Source: Phycisphaerales bacterium (GTDB lineage: Bacteria; Planctomycetota; Phycisphaerae; Phycisphaerales; UBA1924). Taken from it: a DNA stretch of 64,000 nucleotides. The stretch covers positions 1,216,001 to 1,280,000 of the forward strand of contig OZ245777.1 of NCBI GenBank assembly GCA_965227775.1. The letters are read 5' to 3'. Under the pieces are notes generated by a model. That model ran no database searches, was not told the origin of the DNA, and saw only the letters and a program-made list of their open reading frames with translations. The position numbers and the translations under genes were made by a program. Position 1 is the first letter of the stretch. The number at the start of each line of letters is the position of its first letter. Shown in pieces: positions 45,362 through 55,833 of the stretch.

Positions 45362-46924
45362 ATGACGACCTACATCATCCGACGCCTGTTGCTCATGATC
45401 CCGACGGTGATCGGCATGACCCTGCTGATCTTTTTGCTCGTGGCGATGAGCCCGGGAGGCGTGGGCGCCGCGTTGCAGGTGTCCGGCGGCGGCCAGATGG
45501 ACTCGGGCAGCGTTGCCCAGCAGCGCGCCTACCTCGAGGATCGGTATGGTCTCGATGCGCCCATCATGGTGCAGTACGTCCGCTGGCTCGGTCGGGTGAG
45601 CCCGATCAAGTTCGGCGCACGCGACCAGTTCACGCCCAGCGGCGAGCGATTCAGCCAGCCCAAGTCCGTCGACGATCCGCCCCTGTGGCAGTGGTTCACC
45701 GACGAACTGCCCGAGGCAGAGCCTGCGCAGGCCGTCGTCACGCCCGACGAAGAAGAAGTCCGCGGCCAGATGTACCGCCGAACCGCCGGCGACTACTTCC
45801 AGGTTCGCGCCGCGTTCCTCGGCTCGCGCACACGCTTCGAGATCGCCATGGGCGATCTGGCCAAGGACATCGGCCATCCCGAAGCCGTCGAGGATCGCGG
45901 GCAGATCAAGCCGGGCGTCGCAATGAAAATCGGCAAGTCCGCGTTCGAGGGCGGCGATGCCGAGCTGTTGGCCGAGGCCGAGGCGCGAGCGGCCGACATG
46001 CTCCGCGACTACGAGCGCCTGCTCGACGCCACCGCCGTGTCTCAGGCGATGTTCGACGCCAAGATGTTCCGCCAGGCCGGCCTGCCGATCATCCCCGGCG
46101 TGCTGTCGATCGCGGCCCCCGACCTGGGGATGAGCTTCGCACGCTCGCGTCCGGTTTCGACGCTGATCGCCGAGGCGCTGCCGGTCACGCTCATGCTGAA
46201 CCTGATCGCGGTGCCCATCATCTATCTGGTGGCGATCCCTTCGGGCGTGCTGGCCGCCAGCCGCCAGGGCTCGCTGCTCGACGTGGGCCTGGGCGCGTTC
46301 TACGTCGCGCTCTGGTCGATCCCCGTCGTCTGGGCGGGCGTGCTCGCGGTCGGCTTCCTCGCAAGCAAGGACTGGCTGGGTTGGTTCCCGGTCACGGGCC
46401 TGCACTCGCCCGAGTCCGAGACCATGACCATGCTGCCGGGCTCGGTGCAGGTCACGCTCGCCGATGGCACGACAACGAGCCAGTTCCAGCGCGGCTTCAT
46501 CATCGACACGCTCTGGCACCTTGTGCTCCCAGTCGCGTGCCTGGTCTACACGGGCTTTGCCATCCTCAGCAAGCAGACCCGCGCCGCCATGCTCGAGAAC
46601 TTCAATGCCGACTACGTTCGCACGGCCAAGGCCAAGGGCGTGTCGCGTAAGGACGTCGTGTTCCGCCACGTCTTCCGCAACAGCCTGCTGCCGATCATCA
46701 CCATGTTCGTCTCGATCTTCCCGGCCATGCTGGGCGGGTCGGTCGTCATCGAGCGCATCTTCAGCGTGCCGGGCATGGGTAGCCTGATCATCGAGGCCAT
46801 CGGCCTGCGTGATCGCGAGCTGCTGCTGGCCAACGCGCTCATCGTCGGACTCGTGAACATGCTGGCCCTGCTGCTGGCAGACATCCTGTACGCCATGGCC
46901 GACCCACGGATCTCCTACGACTGA
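45362..46924 (+). CDS. peptide ABC transporter permease (OppB/DppB-like) with large periplasmic insertion
   Basis: YIIRRLL, YGLDAP..QYVRWL, DLGMSF, DYVRTAKAKG, DPRI. Confidence 0.9.
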   Translation: MTTYIIRRLLLMIPTVIGMTLLIFLLVAMSPGGVGAALQVSGGGQMDSGSVAQQRAYLEDRYGLDAPIMVQYVRWLGRVSPIKFGARDQFTPSGERFSQPKSVDDPPLWQWFTDELPEAEPAQAVVTPDEEEVRGQMYRRTAGDYFQVRAAFLGSRTRFEIAMGDLAKDIGHPEAVEDRGQIKPGVAMKIGKSAFEGGDAELLAEAEARAADMLRDYERLLDATAVSQAMFDAKMFRQAGLPIIPGVLSIAAPDLGMSFARSRPVSTLIAEALPVTLMLNLIAVPIIYLVAIPSGVLAASRQGSLLDVGLGAFYVALWSIPVVWAGVLAVGFLASKDWLGWFPVTGLHSPESETMTMLPGSVQVTLADGTTTSQFQRGFIIDTLWHLVLPVACLVYTGFAILSKQTRAAMLENFNADYVRTAKAKGVSRKDVVFRHVFRNSLLPIITMFVSIFPAMLGGSVVIERIFSVPGMGSLIIEAIGLRDRELLLANALIVGLVNMLALLLADILYAMADPRISYD

Positions 46925-49143
46925 TGAAGAACCAACCGACCACTTCGAGCGAAGCCGGCGGCGTGCCCGGGCCCATGGATGATCCTGGAAAGGAGATGCG
47001 CGCCCCCGGTGACTTTGAAGGCGACCAGGAGCTCACCTCCGTCACCGGTGTGCACCTCATGCAGGGCATCGGCCACCGCCCGGCCGAGGGCTTCTGGACC
47101 GAGGCCTGGAAGCAGGTGTTCAAGCGCCCGGGTGCCGTGCTGGGCATCGCCTGGGTCGCCCTCATCGCGTTCTTTGCGGTCTTCGCGCCGCTGGTGGCCA
47201 ACGGCCATCCGATCTTGCTCGTCGCCGAGCCAAGCGTCAGTCCGGTGGCCCGGCTCTTCAGCGGCTTCGGCGGAGCACTCACCAGCTTCGACGGCGTGCG
47301 CCTCTTGCTCTTCACGCTCATCTGGTCGACCGCGTGGATCTTGGCGCCGCGAAAGCAGCCCATGGTCCTGCTCGTGGGCATTGCCGGGCTGGCGACCTTG
47401 GTGTTCGCGCTCCGCGTCTTCGCCCAGTTCTTCGTCGGCAAGACCGAGGACGAACTCGGCACGCAACTCTTCACCTTCACGAACTTCCTGCTCGGTGAAC
47501 CGCAGAACGGCCAGCCGACGAATCACGCGTTCCAGATCATCGTCGACTTCGCAGCAACCGCCGGGCTCGTGTGGGCCGCCGGCGCGTTCGATCTCTCCCG
47601 CCGCGTCCGCATCCTGACGACGCCCGTGCTGTGGATCGTCGCGATCGGCGCACTCATCGGCATGGCCGCGGGCGCCAACGAAGACGCCCCCGTCAGTTCG
47701 CCGCTTCTGCGGCACCTGACCGTCGTGGATCTCACGCTGCTGGTCGGCTCAATCGCCGGGCTCGTGCTGCTCATCCCCAAGTGGGGCGGCGGCCGGGGCG
47801 ATCGCGCCAAGGTGCTGCTCACCGTGTCGCTGCAGGCCGGGCTCATCATGCTCGTGCACTCGATCGTCAGCGGGCAGGCGGCCAACCGCGATGCGGCCCC
47901 CTGGCTGCGCGCCTTCGAGCGGCAGCCCTTCTTCGAGGTGATCGCCTCACTCATCATCGCGGTCGTCGCCAGCAGCCTGTTCATCGTGGCCCACCCGTTG
48001 AACAAGCTCCGCAGCCGTGTCGGAATCGCCACGCTCGTGGGCCTGGTGATGTTCGGCCTGATGGCCGCCCGCTGGACGACCCCGCCCCCGAGCTTCCGCT
48101 ACGCATTCGAACAGAACCAGGAGCGCATCAGCGCCGTCTACACGGTCATCCCCTGGTCGCCGCGACAGGGTGGCACCGCGGTCGACCTCCTGCCCCCGGG
48201 CAGCACCGTGTACTCGCAGGTGCTCAAGGGCCTCGAAGATGTTGGCCTCAGCCAGCGCTCGCTCGATTCGGGCGTCGCAGTCGCCGACATGCCCCTCGAC
48301 GACGAGGTGATGGCCGCCATCGAGGACCAGCTCGGCTTCGCCGAAGATACGCTGCCCATCACCGCCGATGAGGCCTTTGCCGCCGTGCAAGCGGCTGCCT
48401 CTACCAATCCCGACATGACCGTCGGCGATATCGACGTGCTGCTTACTGCCAAACCCGCGCCGGGCTACGCGCTCGGCACCGACTCGGACGGCAAGGACGT
48501 GCTCAGCCGCATGTTGCACGCGTGCCGATTGTCGATCTCCATCGGGTTGGTGAGCACCAGCATCGCGGTGGTGATCGGCGTGGTCATCGGCGCGCTCATG
48601 GGCTACTTCGGCGGCTGGGTCGACATCGTGCTCTACCGCATCGTCGAAGTCTTCATGGCCATCCCGCTGCTCTTCCTGCTCATCGTCGCGGCCGCCGTGC
48701 TGCCGAAGAACGTGTACGTCATGATGGCCATCATCGGCTGCGTGACATGGACGGGCAGTGCGCGCTTCATCCGCGCCGAGTTCTACAAGCTGCGCAACCA
48801 GGACTTCGTGCAGTCGGCCCGCTCGGTCGGCCTGCCGCTGCGTAGCGTGCTCTTTAAGCACATGCTGCCCAACGGCGTCACGCCCGTGCTGGTCGACGCC
48901 TCGTTCGCCATCGCCGCGGCCATCCTCGCCGAGGCCATCCTGAGCTACCTGGGCCTGGGCGATCCCAACCAGCCCAGCTGGGGCGCGCTGCTGAGCGACG
49001 CGACCAACCAGGTCGGCAAGTTCATGTGGTGGCTGGCCATCTTCCCCGGTTTTGCGATCTTCCTCACCGTGCTGAGCTACAACCTCATCGGCGAGGCGCT
49101 CCGCGACGCCATCGATCCCAAGCTCAAGAAGGCACGCGTGTGA
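46924..49143 (+). CDS. peptide ABC transporter permease (OppC-like) with extra membrane domain
   Basis: [41 protein letters not shown]; 739 aa. Confidence 0.88.
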   Translation: MKNQPTTSSEAGGVPGPMDDPGKEMRAPGDFEGDQELTSVTGVHLMQGIGHRPAEGFWTEAWKQVFKRPGAVLGIAWVALIAFFAVFAPLVANGHPILLVAEPSVSPVARLFSGFGGALTSFDGVRLLLFTLIWSTAWILAPRKQPMVLLVGIAGLATLVFALRVFAQFFVGKTEDELGTQLFTFTNFLLGEPQNGQPTNHAFQIIVDFAATAGLVWAAGAFDLSRRVRILTTPVLWIVAIGALIGMAAGANEDAPVSSPLLRHLTVVDLTLLVGSIAGLVLLIPKWGGGRGDRAKVLLTVSLQAGLIMLVHSIVSGQAANRDAAPWLRAFERQPFFEVIASLIIAVVASSLFIVAHPLNKLRSRVGIATLVGLVMFGLMAARWTTPPPSFRYAFEQNQERISAVYTVIPWSPRQGGTAVDLLPPGSTVYSQVLKGLEDVGLSQRSLDSGVAVADMPLDDEVMAAIEDQLGFAEDTLPITADEAFAAVQAAASTNPDMTVGDIDVLLTAKPAPGYALGTDSDGKDVLSRMLHACRLSISIGLVSTSIAVVIGVVIGALMGYFGGWVDIVLYRIVEVFMAIPLLFLLIVAAAVLPKNVYVMMAIIGCVTWTGSARFIRAEFYKLRNQDFVQSARSVGLPLRSVLFKHMLPNGVTPVLVDASFAIAAAILAEAILSYLGLGDPNQPSWGALLSDATNQVGKFMWWLAIFPGFAIFLTVLSYNLIGEALRDAIDPKLKKARV

Positions 49144-49192
49144 CGCCCCGAACGCCCAACGCGCCAAAGCCCGCAGACAACGGAGCCCCGAC

Positions 49193-50359
49193 TTGACCGA
49201 CTCGACCACAACGACCAGCGCGACAGCACGCGGTGCACGCGGGATGAAAGCCGGCGAGGTCGATCCCAACGCCAAGCCGATCATCCAGGTGCGAGACCTC
49301 GCCGTGTCGTTCGACAACGGCAACGGCCCACGCATCCAGGCCGTCGATGGCGTGCGCATGACTATCTACCCGCGCCAAACCCTGGCGGTGGTGGGCGAGT
49401 CGGGCTGCGGCAAGAGCGTGACGGCCATGAGCTCGATGCAACTCGTCCCACGCCCGCCCGGCCGGTTCGATCGCGGCCAGATCCTCTTCCGCACCGATGA
49501 TGGCAACACCATCGATCTCCTGCGCCAGAGCGAGAAGGAGATGCGTGAGATCCGCGGTAACGACATCGCGATGATCTTCCAGGAGCCCATGACGAGCCTC
49601 AACCCGGTCTACACCGTGGGCGACCAGATCATGGAGGCCATCCTGCTGCACCAGGAGGTCAGCGGTAGCAAGGCCCGCGATATCGCCCTCGAGGCGATGC
49701 GTTCGGTGGGTATCCCGGACGTCGAGAAGCGCATTAAGGCGTACCCGCACCAGTTCTCTGGTGGCATGCGCCAGCGCGTCATGATCGCCATGGCCCTCGC
49801 CTGCCGACCGCGACTGCTGCTGGCCGACGAGCCGACGACCGCGCTCGACGTGACGATCCAGGCCCAGATCCTCGAGCTGCTCGCCTCGCTCAAGGACGAG
49901 ATGGACATGGCCGTCATGCTCATCACCCACGACCTTGGCGTCGTGGCCGAGAACGCCGACGTCGTCTGCGTCATGTACGCCGGCCGCGTCGTTGAGTACG
50001 GCACCGTCTTCAGTGTCTTTGACAACCCCATGCACCCCTACACGCGTGGATTGCTCGCGAGCATCCCGAAGATCGGCAGCCGCCTCGATCGCCTGGTCAC
50101 GATTAAGGAAGTCGTCGAGGACGAGTCGCAGTTCAAGCGCCTTCCAGAGGCAAGCCAGGGCGTTCGCCCGTGGTGGCCCTGGCACAAGCCGCCAGCAGAC
50201 CTGGCCGCGAAAGACGAGCCCGCCGGCGACTACTACCTTCAGGAGGTCGACAAGGGCCACTGGGTGGGCGTATGGCGCACGCGCGCCGTGAGCGACCACG
50301 AGAGCCGTCCGCCCGACCTGAACTACCGCGCAAAGCGTGAGGCCGCCGCGAGCGCCTGA
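49193..50359 (+). CDS. peptide ABC transporter ATP-binding protein (OppD-like)
   Basis: [33 protein letters not shown]. Confidence 0.93.
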   Translation: MTDSTTTTSATARGARGMKAGEVDPNAKPIIQVRDLAVSFDNGNGPRIQAVDGVRMTIYPRQTLAVVGESGCGKSVTAMSSMQLVPRPPGRFDRGQILFRTDDGNTIDLLRQSEKEMREIRGNDIAMIFQEPMTSLNPVYTVGDQIMEAILLHQEVSGSKARDIALEAMRSVGIPDVEKRIKAYPHQFSGGMRQRVMIAMALACRPRLLLADEPTTALDVTIQAQILELLASLKDEMDMAVMLITHDLGVVAENADVVCVMYAGRVVEYGTVFSVFDNPMHPYTRGLLASIPKIGSRLDRLVTIKEVVEDESQFKRLPEASQGVRPWWPWHKPPADLAAKDEPAGDYYLQEVDKGHWVGVWRTRAVSDHESRPPDLNYRAKREAAASA

Positions 50360-50384
50360 CCACACTCGTCGCAAGCGAGGCGCC

Positions 50385-51476
50385 ATGCCCGCCGTCATGA
50401 TCCTGGCCGACGAAGACTTTGCCTCGCGCGAACGCGACCTGCTGTCGCGGCTCGAGGTGGGCCTGGTCACCGGTGGCACGCGCGTCTTCCACGCCGTGCC
50501 CGACACGCTGCCCGAGTTGCTCGACGGTCGCGTGTTCTCGCAAGCGATCGGATACACGCCGCACGGCCCACTGCCACCCTTGGGTCGGCGGGCGCGAGAT
50601 CTGGCGCAGCGTGCGCTCGAGTCCAGCGGCGGCGATGGCATCGCGGTCGTGCACGTGTTCGGCGCGCAGGCGTGGCCCTTGGCGTTCGAGGCCGCCGGGC
50701 TACTCGGCGCGGCGCTCGTGCTCGAGGTCTACAGCGCGCGCCTGGCCGACGCGCTCGGCGGCGCGCACCTCGACAGCGTCGACGATCGTGTGCTCGCCAG
50801 CGTGCCGAGCCCCGGGCTCGAGCGCCGATGCCTGCGCAAGCTCGATAGCCGCCATCTCAGGCTGGTTCGATGGGGTGTCCACGCCGAAGCAGCGACCGAG
50901 GGCGAGAAGCCCATGGCAGCGGGAGACCGCCCGGCGGTGCTGCTCGCCGGCAGCGGCCACGACCGCGCCAGCTGGGCGCTCGCGATGGAAGCACTCTCGC
51001 GCGTCAGGCTCGACGGCGACCAGCCCCCGCTCATCTTCGCCGATGCCGATGCTGCCCACAACGCCCACCTGCGCACGGTGGTCGAGCGGCTTGCGATGGC
51101 CGAGCACGTCAGCTTCGTTCCCTCGGTCGAGGCGTACCGCGAACCCGCCCTGCGCGTCGACGCGCTGGTGCTTCCCGAGGCCCTGCACGAGCACCGCAGC
51201 CTCGTGCTCGACGCCCACGCCCAAGGCATCCTTGTGGCCGCGGTGAGCGATCCGGTCATCGACGAGCTCGGCGCCGATTACGGCGTGACGCAGCTCGACC
51301 CAGGCGACCCCGATCGGTGGACCGAAGAGCTGCGCCGCGTGTTCGAGGACAAGCGGCTGGCCGAAGAACGCCGCGGCAAGGGCCTGGCGGCGATCGAGCA
51401 GTTTCACGTTGGCGCCGCCCACGTGGCCGCCGTCGAGACCATCTACGAGGGCATGACGGCCAACAAGTCCGAATAA
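50385..51476 (+). CDS. divergent glycosyltransferase (GT-B/GT4-like)
   Basis: Two Rossmann-like halves; VERLAMAEHVSFV, DALVLP..SLVLDAHAQG. Confidence 0.6.
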   Translation: MPAVMILADEDFASRERDLLSRLEVGLVTGGTRVFHAVPDTLPELLDGRVFSQAIGYTPHGPLPPLGRRARDLAQRALESSGGDGIAVVHVFGAQAWPLAFEAAGLLGAALVLEVYSARLADALGGAHLDSVDDRVLASVPSPGLERRCLRKLDSRHLRLVRWGVHAEAATEGEKPMAAGDRPAVLLAGSGHDRASWALAMEALSRVRLDGDQPPLIFADADAAHNAHLRTVVERLAMAEHVSFVPSVEAYREPALRVDALVLPEALHEHRSLVLDAHAQGILVAAVSDPVIDELGADYGVTQLDPGDPDRWTEELRRVFEDKRLAEERRGKGLAAIEQFHVGAAHVAAVETIYEGMTANKSE

Positions 51477-51635
51477 CGAATTCGGCCTCGCCCAGACCGC
51501 CCCGCCTTGAGCGATTTTCATGGCTTCGCGCATAAAGCCTTGCAACAGGTTGGTTTATGCGTTTGAATAGTTCCGTGCAGGGGGTCAACTGGCCCACGGC
51601 CACCCGGAGGGTGGCAGAGCGGGAGAAGTAAAGAC

Positions 51636-52226
51636 ATGAAGTATCGACTTGCTATCGCATTGCTTGCCCTGAGTGCCACGGCCGGCTCGGCCCTCGCCCA
51701 AGGCCTGCACCCGGTCAGCGACGTCCGCACGGTGGAGGCCGCCGCGACGTCGAGCGAGACCGACGTGACCACCCACATCGTCGTCGAGGTGCCCACGCTC
51801 GACCGCCTGCAGCCATTCCAGCGGTTCGTCATCGACCCGCACGTGCGGCAGAACGATCCGGCCCGGTTCGAGATCCGCGTGGACGGCACCATCCGCAACT
51901 ACGCCCGAGTCACCAACGGATTCGTGCGCGCCCAGCGCTACGTGGCCGATCGGCTCGAAGAGGCCCGTCTGGCATGGCTGCGCGAGAACGCGGCCGTGAC
52001 CTCGCACGCCGGCGAGCGTGTCGGCGCCGATCGCGCCGCCATCGTGCCTCGCGCCACCATCCGCATGCCCGAAGGCGCCAGCGGCGGCGGCGGCTTCCGC
52101 GTGCAGGCCCCCGCGTCCGATCGTGCCCGCCTCGTTGCAGCGCTCGAGCGCATGAAGGCCCACCGTGCGACCGTTCGGGCTTCGGCAAAGCCCAACCAGG
52201 AGGCGACGGTCGCGTCTGCCGACTGA
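51636..52226 (+). CDS. secreted hypothetical protein
   Basis: Signal peptide MKYRLAIALLALSATAGSALA; followed by a terminator. Confidence 0.75.
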   Translation: MKYRLAIALLALSATAGSALAQGLHPVSDVRTVEAAATSSETDVTTHIVVEVPTLDRLQPFQRFVIDPHVRQNDPARFEIRVDGTIRNYARVTNGFVRAQRYVADRLEEARLAWLRENAAVTSHAGERVGADRAAIVPRATIRMPEGASGGGGFRVQAPASDRARLVAALERMKAHRATVRASAKPNQEATVASAD

Positions 52227-52256
52227 TCGAATCCCAAGCGTTCTCCTTCTTTGCCT

Positions 52257-52292
52257 GGGGGGCCCTGCTGCGTGGCGGGGCCTTCCTTTTCT
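52257..52292 (+). terminator. intrinsic terminator
   Basis: GGGGGGCCCTGCT/GGCGGGGCCTTCC hairpin followed by TTTTCTT. Confidence 0.55.
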
Positions 52293-52311
52293 TGGGTGCG
52301 ATAATCTACTG

Positions 52312-53817
52312 ATGTCTCGCCCGCTGTTCGATCCCACTAAGATGGCTGCCAAGCCCCGCACGCCCGAGGCGCCCGCACCAAAGCCCGCTGACGCGCCCAT
52401 GCGTGTGCGCGAGCTGGCGGCGCTCGTCGATGGCGCGATCCGACGCGGCATCGCCAGCCCGCTGCGAGTTGTGGGAGAGGTCAGCGGCCTGCGTGAGCGC
52501 ACGCACTTGTACTTCGACCTCAAGGACGGTGAGGCGGTCGTCTCGTGCGTGCTCTTCGCCAACGTCGTGCGCAAGCATCGCGTCGTGCTGCGAGACGGGC
52601 TCGAGGTGGTGGTCACCGGGTCGCTCGAGTTCTACGCCAAGGCCGGCAAGCTTTCGTTCATCGGCACGAACGCCCAGCCGGTCGGGGCCGGTGCGCTCGA
52701 TCTTGCGTTCAAGCAGCTCTGCGAGGAGCTGCGCGGGCTCGGCTGGTTCGATGACGTGCGCAAGCGGCCGCTCCCGGCGTTCCCCCGCCGCGTGGCGGTG
52801 ATCACGAGTCGAAGCTCGGCGGCGCTGCAGGACGTGCTGGACACCATGCGGCGTCGGTGCCCCGCGGTTGAGGTTGTGTTTGTCGACGCACGCGTGCAGG
52901 GCGAGACGGCGGCCGCGGAGCTGCGCGCCAAGCTCGTGTCCCTCTCGAAGCAGCACCGCGAGCTTGGCATCGACGCGGTCATCATCACGCGCGGCGGCGG
53001 ATCGGCCGAAGACTTGTGGGCGTTCAATGATCGCGCGCTGGCCGAGGTAATCCTCAAGTGCCCCGTGCCGGTTGTCGCGGCGATCGGCCACGAGACCGAT
53101 ACGACGATCGCCGAGTTGGTTGCCGACGTGCGCGCCGCGACACCCACGCAGGCGGCGATGCGATTGACGCCCGACGGCTCGAAGCTGCTCGAGCAGGTCG
53201 ATATCGCCCAGAGCCGGATGCGTGGGGCGTTGCTCCGGCGGGTGTCCGACGCGCAGCGCGCCGTCGAGGCGTTGTCCCGGCGGCGGCCGATCGCCAACCC
53301 GAATGCCATCACCGCCGACGCGCGCGCCCTGATGGAGCGCACGGCCGAGCGCTTGCGTGATCGGGTGCGGGCTCGGGTGCATCACGCGGCGCTGCGTCTC
53401 GAGCGATTGAGCGCCCGGCTCGACGCGCACAAGCCCGCGGCCGAGCTCGCCCGCCGCGCGCAACGGCTCGACCACGCCGCCGATCGATTGAAGCGATCGA
53501 TGTCGGCGCGCCTCGAAGGCGAGCTGCGGAAGCTGGACGCCCACGAGCGTCAGCTACGAGCGGTTGGGCCGCAGGCGGTGCTGGCGAGGGGGTATTCCTA
53601 TACCACGCTGGCGGATGGCAGGCTCGTTCGGTCCTCCTCTGGCGTGTCGGCAGGCGACGAGCTCGTCACCATGCTGGCCGACGGACGTGTACGCTCGACC
53701 GTGGACGGGACTGCCGCCCAGAAGAAGGCTCCCGCCAAGCCCAAGCCCGCGGCCCGGAAGCCTGCGACCAAGGACGAGCTTCCGCAGCTGGGTCTCTTCG
53801 GCGACTCGAAAGGTTGA
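52312..53817 (+). CDS. xseA: exodeoxyribonuclease VII large subunit
   Basis: GEVSG..HLYFDLKD, ITS..AALQD, RGGGSAEDLWAFN, AIGHETD, TPTQAA, LARGYS. Confidence 0.94.
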   Translation: MSRPLFDPTKMAAKPRTPEAPAPKPADAPMRVRELAALVDGAIRRGIASPLRVVGEVSGLRERTHLYFDLKDGEAVVSCVLFANVVRKHRVVLRDGLEVVVTGSLEFYAKAGKLSFIGTNAQPVGAGALDLAFKQLCEELRGLGWFDDVRKRPLPAFPRRVAVITSRSSAALQDVLDTMRRRCPAVEVVFVDARVQGETAAAELRAKLVSLSKQHRELGIDAVIITRGGGSAEDLWAFNDRALAEVILKCPVPVVAAIGHETDTTIAELVADVRAATPTQAAMRLTPDGSKLLEQVDIAQSRMRGALLRRVSDAQRAVEALSRRRPIANPNAITADARALMERTAERLRDRVRARVHHAALRLERLSARLDAHKPAAELARRAQRLDHAADRLKRSMSARLEGELRKLDAHERQLRAVGPQAVLARGYSYTTLADGRLVRSSSGVSAGDELVTMLADGRVRSTVDGTAAQKKAPAKPKPAARKPATKDELPQLGLFGDSKG

Positions 53818-53822
53818 TGCCC

Positions 53823-54077
53823 ATGGCCGACAAGAAGTCCAAGTCCGACCAGCCCGAGCCCACATTCGAGGAGTCTTTGTCGGAGGTCGAGTCCATCATC
53901 GAGCGCATCGAGACCGGCCAGAGCGGGCTGGAGCGATCGATCGGTGAGTACGAGAAGGGCGTCCGCCTGCTGGCGCGCTGCCGCGGCATGCTGAAGGATG
54001 CCGAGCAGCGCATCGAGGACGTGACGGGCAAGCTCGAGGCCGAGGGTGCCAAGGAGAAGGAACCGAAGGCCGATTGA
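53823..54077 (+). CDS. xseB: exodeoxyribonuclease VII small subunit
   Basis: TFEESLSEVESII..LERSIGEYEKG..C..L..AEQRI. Confidence 0.9.
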   Translation: MADKKSKSDQPEPTFEESLSEVESIIERIETGQSGLERSIGEYEKGVRLLARCRGMLKDAEQRIEDVTGKLEAEGAKEKEPKAD

Positions 54078-54123
54078 CCCCCCGGGCCGATCTGACCGAT
54101 AGCCCTGCCGGAGCCGACGCCGC

Positions 54124-55665
54124 TTGCAAGACCTCGTCATCATCCTGCCCCGGGTGGCCACCCTGCTGTTCGTGTTCGCCTTCGGGGCGTGCGCGGGCTC
54201 GCTCATCAACGTGCTGGCGTACAGGCTGCCACGCGGCATCGGCGTGGTCACGCCGCCCTCGCGCTGCCCGGCGTGCGAGACCAAGCTCCGCTGGAAGGAC
54301 AACATCCCGATCTTCGGGTGGCTGTTCCTGCGAGGAAAGTGCCGGTATTGCAAGACACCCATCTCGCCCGAGTACCCCCTGGTCGAGCTGTTCGCGGCGA
54401 GCCTGTTCACGCTCTTCTACGTCGCGTGGTACCTGATCCCCGCGATGAGCGCCATGAGCTCGGGCTACGAGGTGCTCGGGCTCGATCTGTCAACGCTGCG
54501 GCCCGACTGGGCGATCATCGATCGCTTCAACGGCGTGCCAAAGCACTCGGCGCCCATCTTCGCGATCGTCCTGCTGCTCGTCGGCTCGCTGTTGGCGATG
54601 ACGCTGACCGATCTGAAGACCACCATGATCCCGCTCGTGCTGCCGTGGTTCGCAACGGTGGTGGGCGTGCTGATCCACACGGGCTATGGGGCGTTCCTCT
54701 CGCTCAAGGGCCTCGAGTATCCGATGCCCAGCGGCGACGGCTCGTGGCGCTGGCCCATCCCGACGTATGGCTGGGCGAGCCTGGGCATCGGCTTGGGCGG
54801 GGTGCTCGGCATTGGCCTGTCGCTGCTTCTGGTGAAGTTCAAGCTCATTGGGCGCAGCTTTGCAGACGCCATGGATTGGGAAGAGGCCCACCGCAAGGAG
54901 CAGGGCCTGCCGCCGCTACCCACGCTTGAAGAGATGGACGCGTCGGAGACCGGCCAGTGGCGTCCCAAGGCCGGATGGCTGCGCGGCCCGGCCGTCATCA
55001 CGATCACGGTCATCGCCTGCGCGGTTGCCGGCGGCATTGCGGCTCGCGTGCTCGGCTATGCCCCTGGCATCGGCGTGATTATCGGGGCGGCTCTCGGGCC
55101 CATCATTGCCGGCGTACCGCTCCGCTTGCTGGTGCCGGCGCCAAAGACCGAGGCTGACGACTCCACGAGCGACGCCGAGGTCTGGATCGCCTACCCGCAC
55201 GCCCGTCGCGAGATGGTCAAGGAGATGGCCTTCCTCGCGCCGCCCGTGATGCTGGCTTTCGGCGGGTTCGTCATCGCGTCTTCGTTCGAGGGCTTCTGCC
55301 CGGTCTGGCTCGATGCGCTGGGCGGCTCGCTTCTTGGCTACCTCATCGGTGGCGGTGTGGTCTGGGCCATCCGGCTGTTTGGCAGCCTCGGCTTCGGCAA
55401 GGAGGCCATGGGCCTGGGCGACGTGCACCTGATGGCGGCGGTGGGGGCGTGCATCGGGTGGGTCGATGCCGTGCTGGCGTTCTTCGCCGCTGCGTTCGTG
55501 GGCATCCTGCTCACGTTCTACAGCCTCTCGCTCAGCCGCGGAGTTGGCCGCGCGATGCCCTATGGCCCGTCGCTTGCCATCGCGACGGTCGTCGTCTTGC
55601 TCGCAAGGCCGGCGGTTGAGTTCGGGCTGAGCCGGTTGACCGGCCAGCCCGTGAACCTGCCGTAA
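54124..55665 (+). CDS. pilD: type IV prepilin peptidase (A24)
   Basis: GSLINV..RLP, SRCPAC, DNIPIFGW..GKCRYC, TDL, MGLGDV, MPYGPSL. Confidence 0.88.
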   Translation: MQDLVIILPRVATLLFVFAFGACAGSLINVLAYRLPRGIGVVTPPSRCPACETKLRWKDNIPIFGWLFLRGKCRYCKTPISPEYPLVELFAASLFTLFYVAWYLIPAMSAMSSGYEVLGLDLSTLRPDWAIIDRFNGVPKHSAPIFAIVLLLVGSLLAMTLTDLKTTMIPLVLPWFATVVGVLIHTGYGAFLSLKGLEYPMPSGDGSWRWPIPTYGWASLGIGLGGVLGIGLSLLLVKFKLIGRSFADAMDWEEAHRKEQGLPPLPTLEEMDASETGQWRPKAGWLRGPAVITITVIACAVAGGIAARVLGYAPGIGVIIGAALGPIIAGVPLRLLVPAPKTEADDSTSDAEVWIAYPHARREMVKEMAFLAPPVMLAFGGFVIASSFEGFCPVWLDALGGSLLGYLIGGGVVWAIRLFGSLGFGKEAMGLGDVHLMAAVGACIGWVDAVLAFFAAAFVGILLTFYSLSLSRGVGRAMPYGPSLAIATVVVLLARPAVEFGLSRLTGQPVNLP

Positions 55666-55833
55666 GCGCTTGCCACCGCTGTCGTTTGCTGGCGGAAGCC
55701 GGTTTTTGGCCGCATTCACAGACTTTTGGGTGCTCTCGCCGATAAGGTTGGATCGCCGCGGCCGAGCCCTCACGGAGGGGGCGCTGGCGTCGCGTTGTGC
55801 TCCGCTTCGCATCGGCATTGGAGGATCCAAGGC

